From: Callorhinchus milii
Lineage: Eukaryota
DNA: 64,000 nucleotides
Assembly (NCBI RefSeq): GCF_018977255.1
Contig: NW_024704743.1
Location: 10,852,001-10,916,000, forward strand
Direction: 5' to 3'
Positions within the stretch are counted from its first letter, which is position 1. Every line of letters begins with the position of its first letter. A program made the translations under genes and the position numbers. Under the pieces are notes generated by a model. It saw only the letters and a program-made list of their open reading frames with translations. It did not search any database and was not told where the DNA came from. Positions 11,471-24,990 of this stretch are shown here, piece after piece.

Positions 11471-12904
11471 AATCATTCTCCAGAAGTTCACTGTGTGTGA
11501 GAGCAGGTGGGGAGGGTTTTTTACAGTAAAACCTATCATTAAAGGATATGTTGTTAAGGACACAAAGTGACTGCATTTTCTGTCCTGATAATTAACACCT
11601 GGCAGTCCAGTTCCTGAGCCTGATGTCTAATGTGCATTGCAGCAAGCTTCTCAGTGAACTTTTTTAGAAGGGTGTTCAGGTGTGATGCAGTGGAGGGAAC
11701 CAGTCAATGTGTTGATTATCATAAGATTGCTGCATTCGCTCACACAAAAAAAAGTCACTGCATTTTTCAGTATATCCTATGAAGCTCTTTTGGAGGTCCT
11801 CCCGACGTGAAAGGTGCTATACTAAATATAAGGATTATCATAATTATTATTATTAATAAATTTAATACACGTCTAAGTTAGCATTTCACACATGGCACAT
11901 TTCTTGCCTATAATTCTAAAGAATCCGAAGATCTGCATTCTGTGAAACAGACACTGGAAGGAGAAGATTCCTGCCCCCGTATTATTCAATCAAATCACCA
12001 AAGGAGAGGATTACAAGCGTGCCAATGAGAAGCGCTGTAGGGAAAGGTTATTCTAAATTTAAGCAGCGAGAAAAAATAATTAGAGGTGAGAGAATCATTG
12101 TGAGTTAGTACGTAACCAAGAATGTAATCACCTATAGAGGCAGCTTCCTGTTTAAATCTATTTGACAATTATATCATGCAAACTTTACAGCGTTCTTCAG
12201 TTTACAGGAAAATTGTTTTTCCCTAACATGTTAATGTCTATAATGTGTTAGGATTGGAAAACAATTGTGGTTAACATTTATGTTACCATAACAGTAATGG
12301 TATGTGCCAGCACAAAATCAAATGAATATACTGGATGTCAAAAGTGTTTTTTTGTAAAATTATTATAAATAATAATCATTGCATTTGATAAAACGTAATA
12401 TAAAGATGGCCGAAAGTCCAGTCAAAGAGGAAGATCTTGAGGCAGACCTCGAAGGATACGAGGGAATGGGTGAGCCGAAGGACGGGAAGTTCCAGAGAGT
12501 GAAATTTGATATACTAACTTATCGTGCTGTTCAGTTGCCCCAAAGCATTGATCACCATTGATTATATATTTTGCAAGCAAACGTGGCACACAGCAATGAT
12601 CCACATCCAGACATGAGGTGAATTACTTTTTTTTACATTGGGGGGGTCTAGGAGAAAACTTCCCATTTTGAATAGAGCCATGGGATCTTTAATTTCCATC
12701 TGAACAGCCAGATGAGACTTCGTTTAATATCTCATCCAAAAATGCAGTACACCCCCAGCACTGTCCTGGAATATCAACCTAGACAAAATTTAAAGTTCCA
12801 TTGAAGGACTTGAACCCACAACCTTCTGCTTCAGAGGTAAGAGCGCTATCAAGTGAGCCAACCTGACAAACCCAAATAAGAGAGTGTAACATGTCAAGTT
12901 AAAG

Positions 12905-13265
12905 TAACCAGGTATTGGGTTACAGCACTGCCTTTGTGGAACTGTATTTAGACGGAGCACAGATTGACAATGTGATGGCTCCATTTCTCCAAATGTGACT
13001 GCCTGAAGTGTCTGGATAGTCTGAAACCAATCCATACCCCACTGGGTGCAACTCCATAGCACCAAATTGGCCATAATTCAGCATTAACTGGCCTGAAATT
13101 GACATTGCACGTCAGAGACATGAGTTAGGTAGTGTAGGAAATAAAAATGTCAGCCTGGCTAAATAGAGGAGTATTCAGAGGTCGAGATTAAGACATGGTA
13201 AAACAGCATATAGTGAGCTTTGTCTTGTATCCTACCTATGCTGTACCTGACCTTGGAGTGCTCCA
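12905..13265 (+). mobile_element. Possible LF-SINE-related ancient SINE
   Basis: CACCAAATTGGCCATAATT...GAGCTTTG...CCTATGCTGTACCTG resembles the LF-SINE 3' half as I recall it. A head-like fragment lies at ~18140-18305 (-). Confidence 0.35.
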
Positions 13266-15852
13266 CACGAACATTTGAAATGCTTTTCTATTCCCCAGGT
13301 AACACAATTCGCCTACTGTTGCTAGATATTCTGGTTGCTTGATTTTCTTTCTTGGATTATTGTGCTGGAAGACTGATGCTGGCATCCATAATATAGAGAC
13401 ACAACTTACTTTTAGCTAAATAGTTGTCTTCCAAATATGTTTAACCCTTTAGGAGACCACGGAAGCTTTGGGACCTGCCCAGTTTTGTACATTTTCAGCT
13501 CATGACTGCAAAGTTGAAGGAAGTACTATTACAAATAGTACTATTTGTCATACTATACACCAACAACAACTTGCATTTATATAGCGCCGTTCACATAGGG
13601 TAGAGTCCAGAGTGTTTGACAGTGGCGGAGTCTGACAACGAGCCATGAAGAGACGGAGTGGGGAGGTGACTGTAAGCACGATCAAAAAGGAATTTCTTTA
13701 GTTGGGATTTAAAAGTGGGGAGGGAGAGGGTAAGGTGGAGGGAACGAGGGAGCCCCAGAGTTTCAGGGCGCAGTGGCTGAAGACAAGATAGTGGAACTGA
13801 GATGACGAGGGGCAAACCACTACCTTATCATATGATTATCAAACAGCCATACTATACAATACAAATTTAGTTTTATATATAGCACCTTTCATGTCCAGAG
13901 GATGTCCCAATGCGCTGACCAGTCCAGCGTTTTCACCCGAGCTGGCGGTGGAGTGGGGAGGGGGTGAGGGTGGTAGGGGCAAGGGGAGTGATGGAGGGAA
14001 AGATTGTTGAAAGCACCTTCAGAGAGGAAGGTTTTGAGGCAGATCTTGAAGGAGGCAAGGAAAGAGGCCAGCTGAAGAGACTCCAAGGTAGTGTACTAGA
14101 CAGTACTGTGGAAATATTGTTATTAAAGCATAACACAAATGCAAAATAGTTTTAAATAAAATTAAATATTTATTCATTTTTCCAATGTTTGACCGTTTAT
14201 CTATAAAATACAGTCTACAATTCTCAGTGAGTACTGGGAAGTACTTTGAGACATCCTCCAGTTGTGAAAGGTGCTATATCAAATAGAAGTATTATTATAA
14301 CAATTATTATTATTCATTTAAAACTCCTGTGACACTATTAAAAATGAGAAGGATCTTTGTCAAAGTCTCCTGGCAATAATCCTGCAGGCTAATTGGTTGT
14401 TAACCTGTTGGTGTTTGTGGGACCATGATCTATGCAAAGATATTAAATTTATTAATAATAGTAATCCTTGTATATGATATAGCACTTTATTACATTGTCA
14501 AAGCATCTCAAAGCTTTTTACAGGATTTTAGGAGTAGAGCAACTGTGATTTTGCAGGCGAATGCAAAGGCCAATTTGTACAGAACGCTGGCTTACAAACA
14601 GCGTGAATGGACAATTTTAGTTGGGAGATTGTTTGTCAAGACACCAGGAGAAACTTCCTTCCCTTTTTCAACAGTACTACAGGATTTTTAACATGCACCT
14701 CGACAGGCAGACTTGCCTTGGTTGAACGTCTTATCCAAAGGACAGCATTTCCAAAAATGCAGCGCTTCCCACCCCCCAGCACTGCACTAGGAATGTCAGC
14801 CTCAGGTTTAAACTCCTGAGTCAAGTGAAAGTTGTGAGGCTTGTGACAATAACCTTCTGACTCTGTTCCACTAATGACAGCTAAGTCTTCAAGTACAAGC
14901 TGTTATCAGAAACAGCTCCCTATTGGAGACATTCAACCCGTGTTGCGTGAAAGGTGTTATGCAAATGATAGTTATTTCTCTTGTTGGTGGATGATCACCT
15001 TGTCAATCAATCTTTTCCTTCCCTGCATAGGCCACCTGAAAGTTAGGGCGTCAATGTTTATTTAGTTATAATATTATTCATCCTGATCAAAAACAATCAT
15101 CAGAACAGAGCTGAGGGAAGCTTTTAGAGACTGACAATTCTCCAATGTAAATAACTTTGTGGGCCAGCACAGCAACCAATCTGTACACAGCAATGTCTCA
15201 TAAACACCCATGTATAGAACATTATTTAAGATATTTAAATACTGTATATGTGCCCTTTTCCCCAAACCGCAGCAGTAGCTCTTATACGGTCACATGGAGG
15301 CCATAGTAATCACATGATGTGAAATGTGTTTGGCAGCCACTAAAGCAATTATATCCTGCTCCGTCATAGGGAAATCAAATCCAGTTTCAAAATAACTTTA
15401 GTGAATTGAAACCCCACTCTCTCAAACGGTGAATGTGTTTTATTTGGACGTTTCTCGGCAGCACCAGACGGCTGATGATACATTTAGCCCAGTCAGTTGG
15501 CAAGTTACAGTGAACTATTTGGTGGCTCTGTGTGTACAGTGCCGTTGCCATGGGGACCACAGACACCATGTTTCATTCTCGAAAGAGGGCGGTTGACTTC
15601 TCTACCCATTTGGAAATAAAGGTCTAAGTTAGCAGAAAGGGGAAATGATCTCAGTGGCTCTAAACAGATATAGTGTGTGTCATAGTTGGGGCTGTTTATT
15701 TTCATTCAGCCAATTCAATGGTTAAGGTTGGACTTGAGCTCAGCATATTGAAATGCTTGTTAAACAATTACAATCTGGTTCTGGTGACAGTGCAGATAGA
15801 GATTCCCAACGAAAATAATCCACTCAGTAAATGTAACTAAATATTATTTCTT

Positions 15853-16040
15853 AAACACAAAATACTGCAGATGCTGAAAATCTGAAAACAAAAGTCGCTG
15901 GGAACACTCAGCATCTATGAAGAAAGGAAAGTGAGTCAACATTTCAGGTCTGACGAAGGGTCGTGGACCGAAACATTGACTCATTTTCCTTTCTCCATAG
16001 ATGCTGCCTGACCTGCTGAGTGTGCCCAGCGACTTCTGTT
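15853..16040. mobile_element. Short non-autonomous palindromic Penelope-derived element
   Basis: Two inverted copies of the same pseudo-LTR sequence that flanks the GIY-YIG fragment at 52141-52830; central hammerhead-like core. Confidence 0.8.
15946..15982 (+). ncRNA. Minimal type I hammerhead ribozyme motif
   Basis: CTGACGA, stem II GGTC-GTG-GACC, GAAA, then CATT (family consensus CGTT). Matches the minimal hammerheads known from Penelope-like elements. Confidence 0.65.
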
Positions 16041-18789
16041 ATTTCCTACTTCACATCAACTACAGTAGAATCATAGAACCAGGTTCCTTCTGCCAAACAC
16101 ATAGTGCTCCCCCACTGGAAAATTACAAATATTTCAGCCATGAGTCTGGGTGGAGTGGACTCCATGTGATCTTGTGGTATTTCTCCTTTTTTGTAACATG
16201 TTATAACCCCGACCATACATTTTGGAAAGCAATTCACTCTTTTTAAACTTTCATCTTCCTATGCACAAGCTTGGCTCAGTTGGCAGCAGGAGGTAGTGTA
16301 TTCAAGGCCCACGTTGGTACTTTGAGCTCACAGTCCAGGCTAACAGTACATTGGTGGGGTGGGGGTGCTTCTTGGCTGGAGATGCTGTCCTTTGGCTGAG
16401 ATATTAAACCTAATCTGTCTGTGCTAGTGGACTCTAAAGATCCATGTTCACCTACAAAATACACAGTCATTACACTTTGCAGCAAATTCTGTTAAGCTCC
16501 TTCAGATGTTTCGACAGTGTGATAAGGCGATTTATCAAAAGCAAAGTTTATTTATACATTTCCATTTCTCGTCCCGAAAGGTCTGTAAGAAAGTCAAAAA
16601 GTGAAATGCTGAGGGAAGTAAACAAACTGGCAGCCTTTTGGGATCATGATAATTTCTGTTTATTTAGTCATTGATTTATTTAGCTAATTGATTGATTCAG
16701 CAATTGCTGCAATGCACACCCATAATTAGTACAGACAAGAGAAAGTTTCAGATTGAATTTAATGTGTCAACTACAGGGCTATGGGGAAAGGACAGGTAAA
16801 CAGGTCCAAACGGATTGCTCTTAAACGAGGCAACACAGACATGAGTTGTCAAATGGCCTTCTTCTGTGCTGTAAATTTCTCTGGATCTATGATGTTTCTT
16901 CACATATGAGATAATAATAAATAATAATAATCTTTGCATTTGTTGTAGCTCCTTTCACGTCAGATTTCCTGTTAAGCTTATTAAAATATTACTGTATTTT
17001 GCAGTCAAACAAGTAAAATTCACAGGGAAAAAAGGCGTCAAAGTGTTTTACAATACATACGAACACACGAGACAGCAGTTTTCATCTAATAATACTTCAG
17101 CTGATGATTTGTTTATTTTAAGAGCGGGAAGGCCATTTAGAAATGTATTTGAATTCCTGCAAAATATTTTCTGGTTTATTGCAATCTAAATGCATGGTTT
17201 CTTCTCTTACCAAAGGCAATTACAATTATACACTTGGCTTCCAACCGGGTCAAATATAACTTGGTGATTTCATTTATATTTCTGCCTGCCTGACTGATCT
17301 GGTCAGCATTAATGCTGGGTTTGAAACAACATCCGCAAAAAATGACTGAAAATAAGTTTTAAAAACGTCCGCAAAATGACTGGGAGTCAGCAAAAATTCC
17401 CCACCAGCCTCCACAACACACGGAGGTCCAGAATAAGGCAATCTTAAATATGGTCGACAAATGAATGGGAGATGCCCCTTCCCCCACTGCACAAAACCAG
17501 ATAAAAATATAAACAGATTTCTTTGAAGTTCTCTCGCTCTTTGCTAGGTCATGATATCAACTTTCAGATAAAAATCATTGCCCAAGGGAATGTGTGTGTC
17601 TCCAGATAGCGATAAAGAATGGAACAGCCCCACAGCGGTTAAGAAAACCTAAGAATAAACAACTCACTCTTTTTTGGGGGGCGGTTGGGGGATTTTTAAT
17701 GTCCACCTTAACAAATAATAATAATAATCCTTGCATTTGATATAGCACCTTATCACGTCTTTGAGACAGCTTCACAGCATATTCTGTAAAATGAATTGAC
17801 TGTATATTTTGTGGGAGAAATGCGGCAGCCCATTCCACACAGCAGTGTCCCACGAACAGTCATATATTGAGTGAACAAATTAATATTCATTTATTTTTAA
17901 GGGATTATTACCCTGGGAAAAGCAATCTGCCAATCGACTAACAACCGGGTTACTACTAGATAAACAGAGGTATGTGGAATAAGGATTTCACCCTGTCTGG
18001 GAATTGAACCTAGGTCCTCTCACTTGTGAGGCGAGTGCTCTAACCACTACAATACACAATACTGCACTAAAGGGACTTTCTCCATTGTTCCTATTAGCTA
18101 TATCCTTTTTGAGTTCTTTGAAGCAAGTATAAACTTGGATGAGACTACTCTGACCCATTTCATATAGGGACATTGCAGCCAGGACAAAAAGAGAGTGAAA
18201 GAGAGAGAGAGAGTGAGAGAGAGAAGAGACTTTCATTCTTTCAATATGGGCTGGATTCAAGACCAGGTCCCAAAGGAAAGCACTGTGGTCTAAAATCCAC
18301 TGTACTCTCAACCATTGCCAGATTTGAACAAAAATGAAATCATTGAATGCATTTTTCTTCTTTCCTATCGCAGTTTACCCAAAGTTAAAAGCTATTTATT
18401 TCATAGAATCATAGAGTACAGAAGGAGGCCATTCAGCCCATCGTGTCTGTGCTGGCTCTTTGAAAAGAGCTATCCAAATCAATCCCACTCTCCCGCTCTC
18501 TGCCCATAGCCCTGCAAACTTGTCCTCCCCAAGTTTCTACACACTTTGGCCATTTGTTGCCGATTGAACTTTTGAAGAATTGTGTGAAGTGCAATCCTTG
18601 CTAGAGTTGTAGAAAAACAAGTGTAGGTGTTGTTTTGAGAGTGGGATGGTGTGGGTGTGATCTGTGATGCTGAGTTCCAACTCTGCTGCTTATATTATAA
18701 AAACAAATCTTCAGAGCGTACAACCTAAATAAGTTTACTTCTCACCTATGGGTAAATGCATTCTGGTGAGGATCTGAGCCAAGTCACAA

Positions 18790-19800
18790 GATTATTATGG
18801 GTCAGCCAGGTGTCAGGAGCGTGCAGAAATTTGTCACCATGCACAAGAGTATCCAAACCAGACTGACAGTTCCATCCACCTACACATGGAAATTCTCATG
18901 TATTGGATTTGAATATGCATTCCCTCCCTAGAATTTAATTCCAGCTTGCCTAATTCTAGAGAGTACTAGGTACATAGTGGCAAGAACCAAGGCTTGAGGA
19001 CCCCAGAGTGTGCATTGGGGTACTTCTCGAGTCTAACCAAATAAAACCAGATAGCTTACCATTGAAAGCACTGTCTGGCTGCTGAGCTTTCCCGCTGCTT
19101 GTCCAGCTAGGAGTACCTGCCCATTGCGGCTTTTACTTGCAGGATTAACAGATGGGTGAGAAGAATCCCTGCTCCCAGTGAACCGTCTGCCCTTCCAAGG
19201 CCTGCCGATGAGCCAGGCTGGCTGTGCTGTCATCAGCAGTGTTCTGAATTACTTGGCTCAGGACCCGGGGCACCAAGTCCACCACAGAGGGCTGCTCAAT
19301 TCCAACATTCCATTGCCTTGGAGTCACCTTGGAGCCAGTTCAGCTGCAAGGAGACCCCTTTTATCGTCCCTCAAAAGAGCATGTCACAAAGGAGGTTCAG
19401 GTAAAGTAAGCCCTTTGGTCCATTTGATCTCCTTCTTCCAGAATAAAGGAGAATATGGGAGGCAAATTATTGAGAAATGCACAAAGCTCAGCTGGGTGGC
19501 AAATGTTTTCAAAACAGGTACTTTCTCTCCCTGCGCACATACTTTGAGGAATGCAATCCAGCAAGCCGCTTGAGCACTGCCGCTTGTTGATACTGTCCAT
19601 GTTTAAAAAAAGATTATAGAAAAATGCAGACACCCCCTAAATCTACCAAGATTCTTGTCAAGTTTTGACATGTAAAACCAGAATTTCACAAAAAAGTGTA
19701 TCAGTGTCTCTCCAAATGGGTCCTTAGCACAATCTGAACAGTGTTTTATTGCTTGTTTTCAACACAACTGAATCAACTTGAACATTCCCACAGAAGCATG
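18790..19800 (-). mobile_element. Ancient L1/Tx1-like LINE ORF2 3' remnant (copy B)
   Basis: Frameshifted minus-strand pieces GR/KVPVLKTF...PPIFSFILEE...VSYLVLFG*...PQCTLWGPQALVLATMYLVLSRIRQ...HGDKFLHAPDTWLT resemble the post-RT region of L1/Tx1 ORF2. Confidence 0.5.
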
Positions 19801-20771
19801 CCTTGTAAAATAAAATGGTTCAAATTCCACTTCTCTTCAGCAATGCCCAAGGCGGAGGCGAGGCTAATGATTTCACCCAGAAATGGGTTGTACATAAATC
19901 GGAGAGTGGAACCTTAGCTGAGCACTCAGCTAAAGGATCATATGGAATATCTGAGCAGAATCAGACTGAATATACTAATAATCCTTGTATTTGATATAGT
20001 GCATTACCATGTCATCGAGACTTCTCAAAGTGCTTCATAGAATATACTGAAAAGTGAATTGATTGTATATTTTGTGGGAGAAATATAATAATAATCCTTG
20101 TATTTGATATACAGCAATGTCAAAATCATGTCAAAATGTCTCAAACTGCTTCAGTTTTTGTCAATGTAGTGACTGTGCATTCCTAATAATGATTCATAAT
20201 AATAATACTTACATTTGATATTGTGCCTTTCACTTCAGGAGGAAATCTGAAAATGCTCAACATAAACTGCTGTAAAGTGACTGTTTATTTGTAGATGAAC
20301 ATGGACCCGCACAGCAATTTGTGCACAGAAATGTCACACACACAGCCATGAAATGAATAAAAAAATTACTAGGGAATTGTTGCTCAAGACACAGGAGAAA
20401 TTCCCTTCTCTTTTCAAATAGTGCCATTGGATCTTTAACTTCCAACAAATTACATTTGTATGGTGTGTTTCACATCAGGAGGATATCAAAAGGCACTAGA
20501 CAGTCAGGGATCCGCACCCAAGCTGGTGGTTGAAGGATGGAGGGCGGAAGGGTAGGAGGGTGACTGAAGGCATGGTCAAAGATAGGGGCCTGAAGACAGG
20601 TCTTGTCTTGTCCAGAGGGTGGAGGCAGAGAGATTGAAGGCCCGCCCACAAATGGTGGGGAGGGCAAGGCAAGGGACATGAAGCAGGCCGGAGCTCGCTG
20701 AGAGGAGGGAGCGGACAGGTTGGTAGGGGTTAGGAGATCACAGAGGTCCACCTGAATAGGCAGGTTAAAAG

Positions 20772-20971
20772 CAACTATGGCCAACCCATGGCCCGCAAGG
20801 CCGTAAGTGGCTCATTGAACATTTACACTAGTCCACGTGAATCTATTCCAAATCAATGCCTTGTTTCCAGTAACTGCTCAGCAGCGATGCCCACAGCACA
20901 GCCATAAATGAAAAAATATTCAATCAAGGATATGTATTTTGTTGGCTGACCAAAAAGATTGGCCACCATTG
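20772..20971. mobile_element. 200-bp hAT (Charlie-like) MITE
   Basis: Imperfect TIRs CAACTATGGCCAACC / GATTGGCCACCATTG, GGCCCGCAAGGCCG subterminal motif, and 8-bp TSD GTTAAAAG / GTTTAAAG (7 of 8 match). Confidence 0.75.
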
Positions 20972-21096
20972 GTTTAAAGTCACATCAGAAGGACAGCACT
21001 TCTAACAATGCAACAATCCTTACTGTATTGACCTGGAGTGTAAGTCTAGAACATAAGCCTGAATTTTCCCCAACCAGAGTACTTAAACTTATAACC

Positions 21097-24000
21097 TCCA
21101 CCCTTCAATCTCCTTTGCGCCCTCTCCAATGCTTTGACATCCTTCCTAAAATGTGATGCCCAGAACTGAACACAGTACTCTAGCTGAGGCCTAACCAGTG
21201 GTTTATAAAGCTTCATCATAAACTTCCTGACATTTGTATTTATGCCCCTATTTATAAAGCCTAGTATCCTGAATGCTTTTTTAACAGCTTTATCTACCTG
21301 TCCTGCCACCTTCAAAGATTTACTTATATGAACCCCCAGGTCTCTCTGTGCCTTCACCCCCGTTAAGGAGTCCTGTAGCTCAGTGGTTAGAACATTCGCT
21401 TTGCAAGCGAGAGACCTGAGTTCAATTCCAGGCAGGGCAAAACCTTGGGCAAGTTTCCTTACTCCACACGCCTAATAATAATCCCTCCAAAACAAAAAAA
21501 CAATAATAAATTGGTCATTTTCAATCTACGACTGTTTGTGGGACATTGCTGTGCGCAATTGGCTGCCGCGTTCGCCCACAAATATACAGTCAATTCACTT
21601 TACAGTGTGTTCTGTGAAGCGCTTTGGGACGTCCTCCTGACATGAAAAGCGTTATATCAAATGCAAGGATTATTATTATTATTATTAAGATTCTACCATC
21701 AGCTTATATTGCCTCTTCTCATTCTTCCTCCCAAAATGCATCGCATTTCTCCACATTAAACTGCCCATTTTACCAGTCTGTTTATGTCCATTTGCAGCCC
21801 ACTACTGTCCTCCTCACTGTTTACTACTTTTCCTATCTTAGTATCATCTGCAAACTTGGAAATTGTACTCCCTATACCCAAGTCCAGGTAATTTATATAG
21901 ATCAGAACAGCAGTGGTCCCAATACCGATCCCTGGGGGACACCACTGCACTCTTCCCTCCAGTCAGAAAAACAACCATTCACCACCACTCTCTACTTTCT
22001 GTCTCCCAGCCAGTTCTGTATCCATGCTGCCACTGTCCCTTTAATACCGTAGATTTCTATTTTGCTTAAAAGTCTCTTATGTGGCACTTTATCAAACAGC
22101 TTTTGAAAATCCATATAAACTACATCAACTGCACTATCTGGTTTGTTAGACATGATCTGCTTTTAACAAATCCATGTTGGCTGTCCTTTATTAACACATA
22201 TTTTTCTAAGTGAAATGTATTTTGATCCGTATTATTGTCTCTAGAAGTTTTCCCACTGACGTTAGGCTGACTGGTCTGTAGTTCCCAGGTTTATCCTTCT
22301 GCCCCTTTTTGTACAGAGGAATAACATTTGCAACCCTTCAGTCCTCTGGCACCACCCTAATGTCCAAGGAGAATTGAAAGAATGTGGCCAGAGCCACCGT
22401 TATTTCCATCCTTACTTCCTTCAGTAACCTAGGTTGCATCCCATTCCGACCGGGTGATTTATCTACCTTGAGCACTGACTCGGTATATTCTTATCTTTTC
22501 CAATTACTCTACCCTTTACTCCGATACTGTGGCATTGGCTGCATCCCCATCACTACAAAATACCTTAGGGTTCCCTTTTACGCATTAATCTTTACTCATA
22601 TAATCTCTTTGCCCCTCTTATTTCCTTTTTCAGTTCTCCTTTGTACTTTCTATATTCTATTTGATTATCTTCTGTATTTTGGACCTGACATTTATCATAA
22701 GGCTCCTTTTTCTGTTTTATTTTAATCCTAATTTCCTTATTCATTCAGGGAGGTTTGGATGCCCTACCTTTCCCCTTTGTGGGAATGTATTTATTCTGTC
22801 CCCAAGTTATCTCCTCCTTCAAGGCTTCCCATTGCTCGTTAGCTGTTTTACCTGCCAATCTTTCTTCCAGTCCACCTTAGCTAGGTCCCTTTTTAACTCA
22901 TTGAAATTAGCCCTCTTCCAGTTCAGTATCTTCATCTTTGATTGCTCCTTGTCCCTTTCCATAAATAATCTAAACCTAATGATGTTGTGATCACTATTGT
23001 CCAGATACTCTCCTACTGAAACCTGCTGCACTTGTCCCCACTTCATTCCCTAGAACTAGATCCAGCACTGTTTCTTTCCTCGCTGGGCTGGAAACATACT
23101 GATACAGAAAGTTATCTTGCTCACTGTTATTTTGCAAGTTTATGTAAGGATAATTGAAGTCCCCCATTATCACTACTTTATTGGTTTTGCATCTTTCTGA
23201 AATCTGCTTACAGATTTGCTCATCTATCCCCTTCCCACTATTTGGAGGTCTACAGTGTACACCTAACATAGTAACAGCTCTTTTTCTGCTCCTTAATTCT
23301 GACCAAATTGACTTGTTTTTGGATCCTCTAGCACATCATCCCTTTCCAGGGAATACCTTAATCAATATTGCCACCCCCCCTCCATTTTTTCTTTCCTATC
23401 CCTCCCTATCCTTCCTGAATACATTGTAGCCAGGAATATTCAGCTTCCGTTCCTGCCCTTGTTTGAGCCAGGTCTCTGTTATTGCCATTACATCATAACC
23501 CCATGTAGCAGCTTGAGCCCAAGCTCACCAATCTTATTTGTCACCTTTATGCACATGCACTCCAATAGCAACATAGTCTGTTGTACATTTGTGGAGTCCT
23601 GTAGCTCAGTGGTTAGAGCATTCGCTTTGCAAGTGAGAGACCTGAGTTCAATTCCAGGCAGGGCGAAACCTTGGGCAAGTTTCCTTACTCCACACGCCTA
23701 ATAATAATCCCTTCAAAAACCAAAAACAATAATAAATTCGTCATTTTCAATCTAGGACTGTTTGTGGGACATTGCTGTGCGCAATTGGCTGCCGCGTTCG
23801 CCCACAAATATACAGTCAGTTCACTTTACAGTGTGTTCTGTGAAGCGCTTTGGGATGTCCACCTGACATGAAAAGCGCTATATCAAATGCAAGGATTATT
23901 ATTATTATTATTACGACTGTTTGTGGGACACTACTGTGCACAATTGGCTGCCGCGTTCGCCCACAAATATACAGTCAATTCACTTTACAGTGTGTTCTGT

Positions 24001-24665
24001 GAAGCGCTTTGGGACGTCCTCCCGACGTGAAAAGCGCTATATCAAATGCAAGGATTATTATTATTATTATTATTTCTCCCCGTCTAATCCCTCCTTATCC
24101 TGGATTACTCCTTATTACATTGCTATTCGTCTCTCCCAGCCCTTTATGTAACTTGTTTTTTTCTCTCTATTGCTACATCCCGATTCCCTTCCCCCTCAAA
24201 ACTAGTTAACCTCCCTGCGAGGAAATTGATCCCAACCCTATGCAGGTGTAACCCATCCACCTTGTATAGGTCCCACTTGCCCCAGAACTGGTCCCAATGA
24301 TCCAGGAACCTGAAGCACAAGGCACTGGGAGTAATCCAGAGATCACCACCTTTAAGGTCCTACTCTTTACATTTTTCCCTAGCTTCTGATATTCTCCCTG
24401 TAGGATCTCAACCCTATTTTCCCTACGTCATGGAGCCCAATACAGTCCACAACTTCTGGATGTTCCCCTTCCCCCTGTAGAACATTTTGCGCCCGTTCCA
24501 TGATGTCTTTAACCCTGGCACCAGAGAGGCAACATACCATGCAAGAGCTCTCTGCTATCTCTCTTGCTGAAGAATTCCCACTCTCACCAAATTCCTGAAC
24601 AGAATTCTCACTTTGTTCCACCTCACTCAGTTCCCTCCTCCTGCTGCTGGGCTCTCTGCTCAAGG
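21097..24665 (-). mobile_element. Long decayed CR1 LINE (ORF1 esterase, APE endonuclease, RT), split by two SINEs
   Basis: ORF1 SGNH at 24075-24665. APE motifs GVHCRPPNS, VIMGDFNYP, LDLVLGN, SDHNII at 22800-23430. RT KFADDTKIG at ~21850 and KPLVRPQLEYCVQFW at ~21180. Confidence 0.92.
21367..21687 (+). mobile_element. tRNA(Ala)/Deu SINE, full length, inserted in CR1
   Basis: Complete head, core and tail; TTAAG on both sides as a possible short TSD. Confidence 0.9.
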
Positions 24666-24990
24666 ATTGTAATAAATGCAAGGATTATTATTATCTATTT
24701 TTAAACCACCCAGTCAATATTATAGTTTTGCTAAGATCATCAATCAATCAATCAGATCACCAATGTGAGCCATATTTTTTAATTGTGTTGATGATAAATT
24801 ATAGGATCATTGAAACAAGAGGCCATTCAATCTACAATGGTCCAAACTCCACTGGAAATACTTATTCTAATCCAAATTTCCTGCTTTGTCTTTTTTCTTT
24901 TATATTGAAGACAGATATGATGTGAAGTTCATCTCAAGAGCAGTGTTTTCACGTTTAAACCTCTTCACCTTTATTTCATGATGAACTTAG
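23593..24990 (+). repeat. Copy 2 of the 1.4-kb direct duplication (SINE with doubled tail, CR1 ORF1, unique flank)
   Basis: Near-identical to 6456-7855. Here the ORF1 segment is collinear with the rest of the CR1. Confidence 0.95.

Noticed and set aside
12379..12561. ORF MAESPVKEEDLEADLEGYEG resembling a protein N-terminus
   Set aside because: Antisense reading of a decayed L2 3' end.
17330..17385. Short direct repeat TCCGCAAAA(AA)TGACTG x2
   Set aside because: Only two short copies with no termini or other support.
18800..19330. Tandem host gene paralogues at 9.4 and 19 kb
   Set aside because: Stops and frameshifts in both copies, no consistent exon boundaries, and upstream motifs fit L1/Tx1 ORF2 better.
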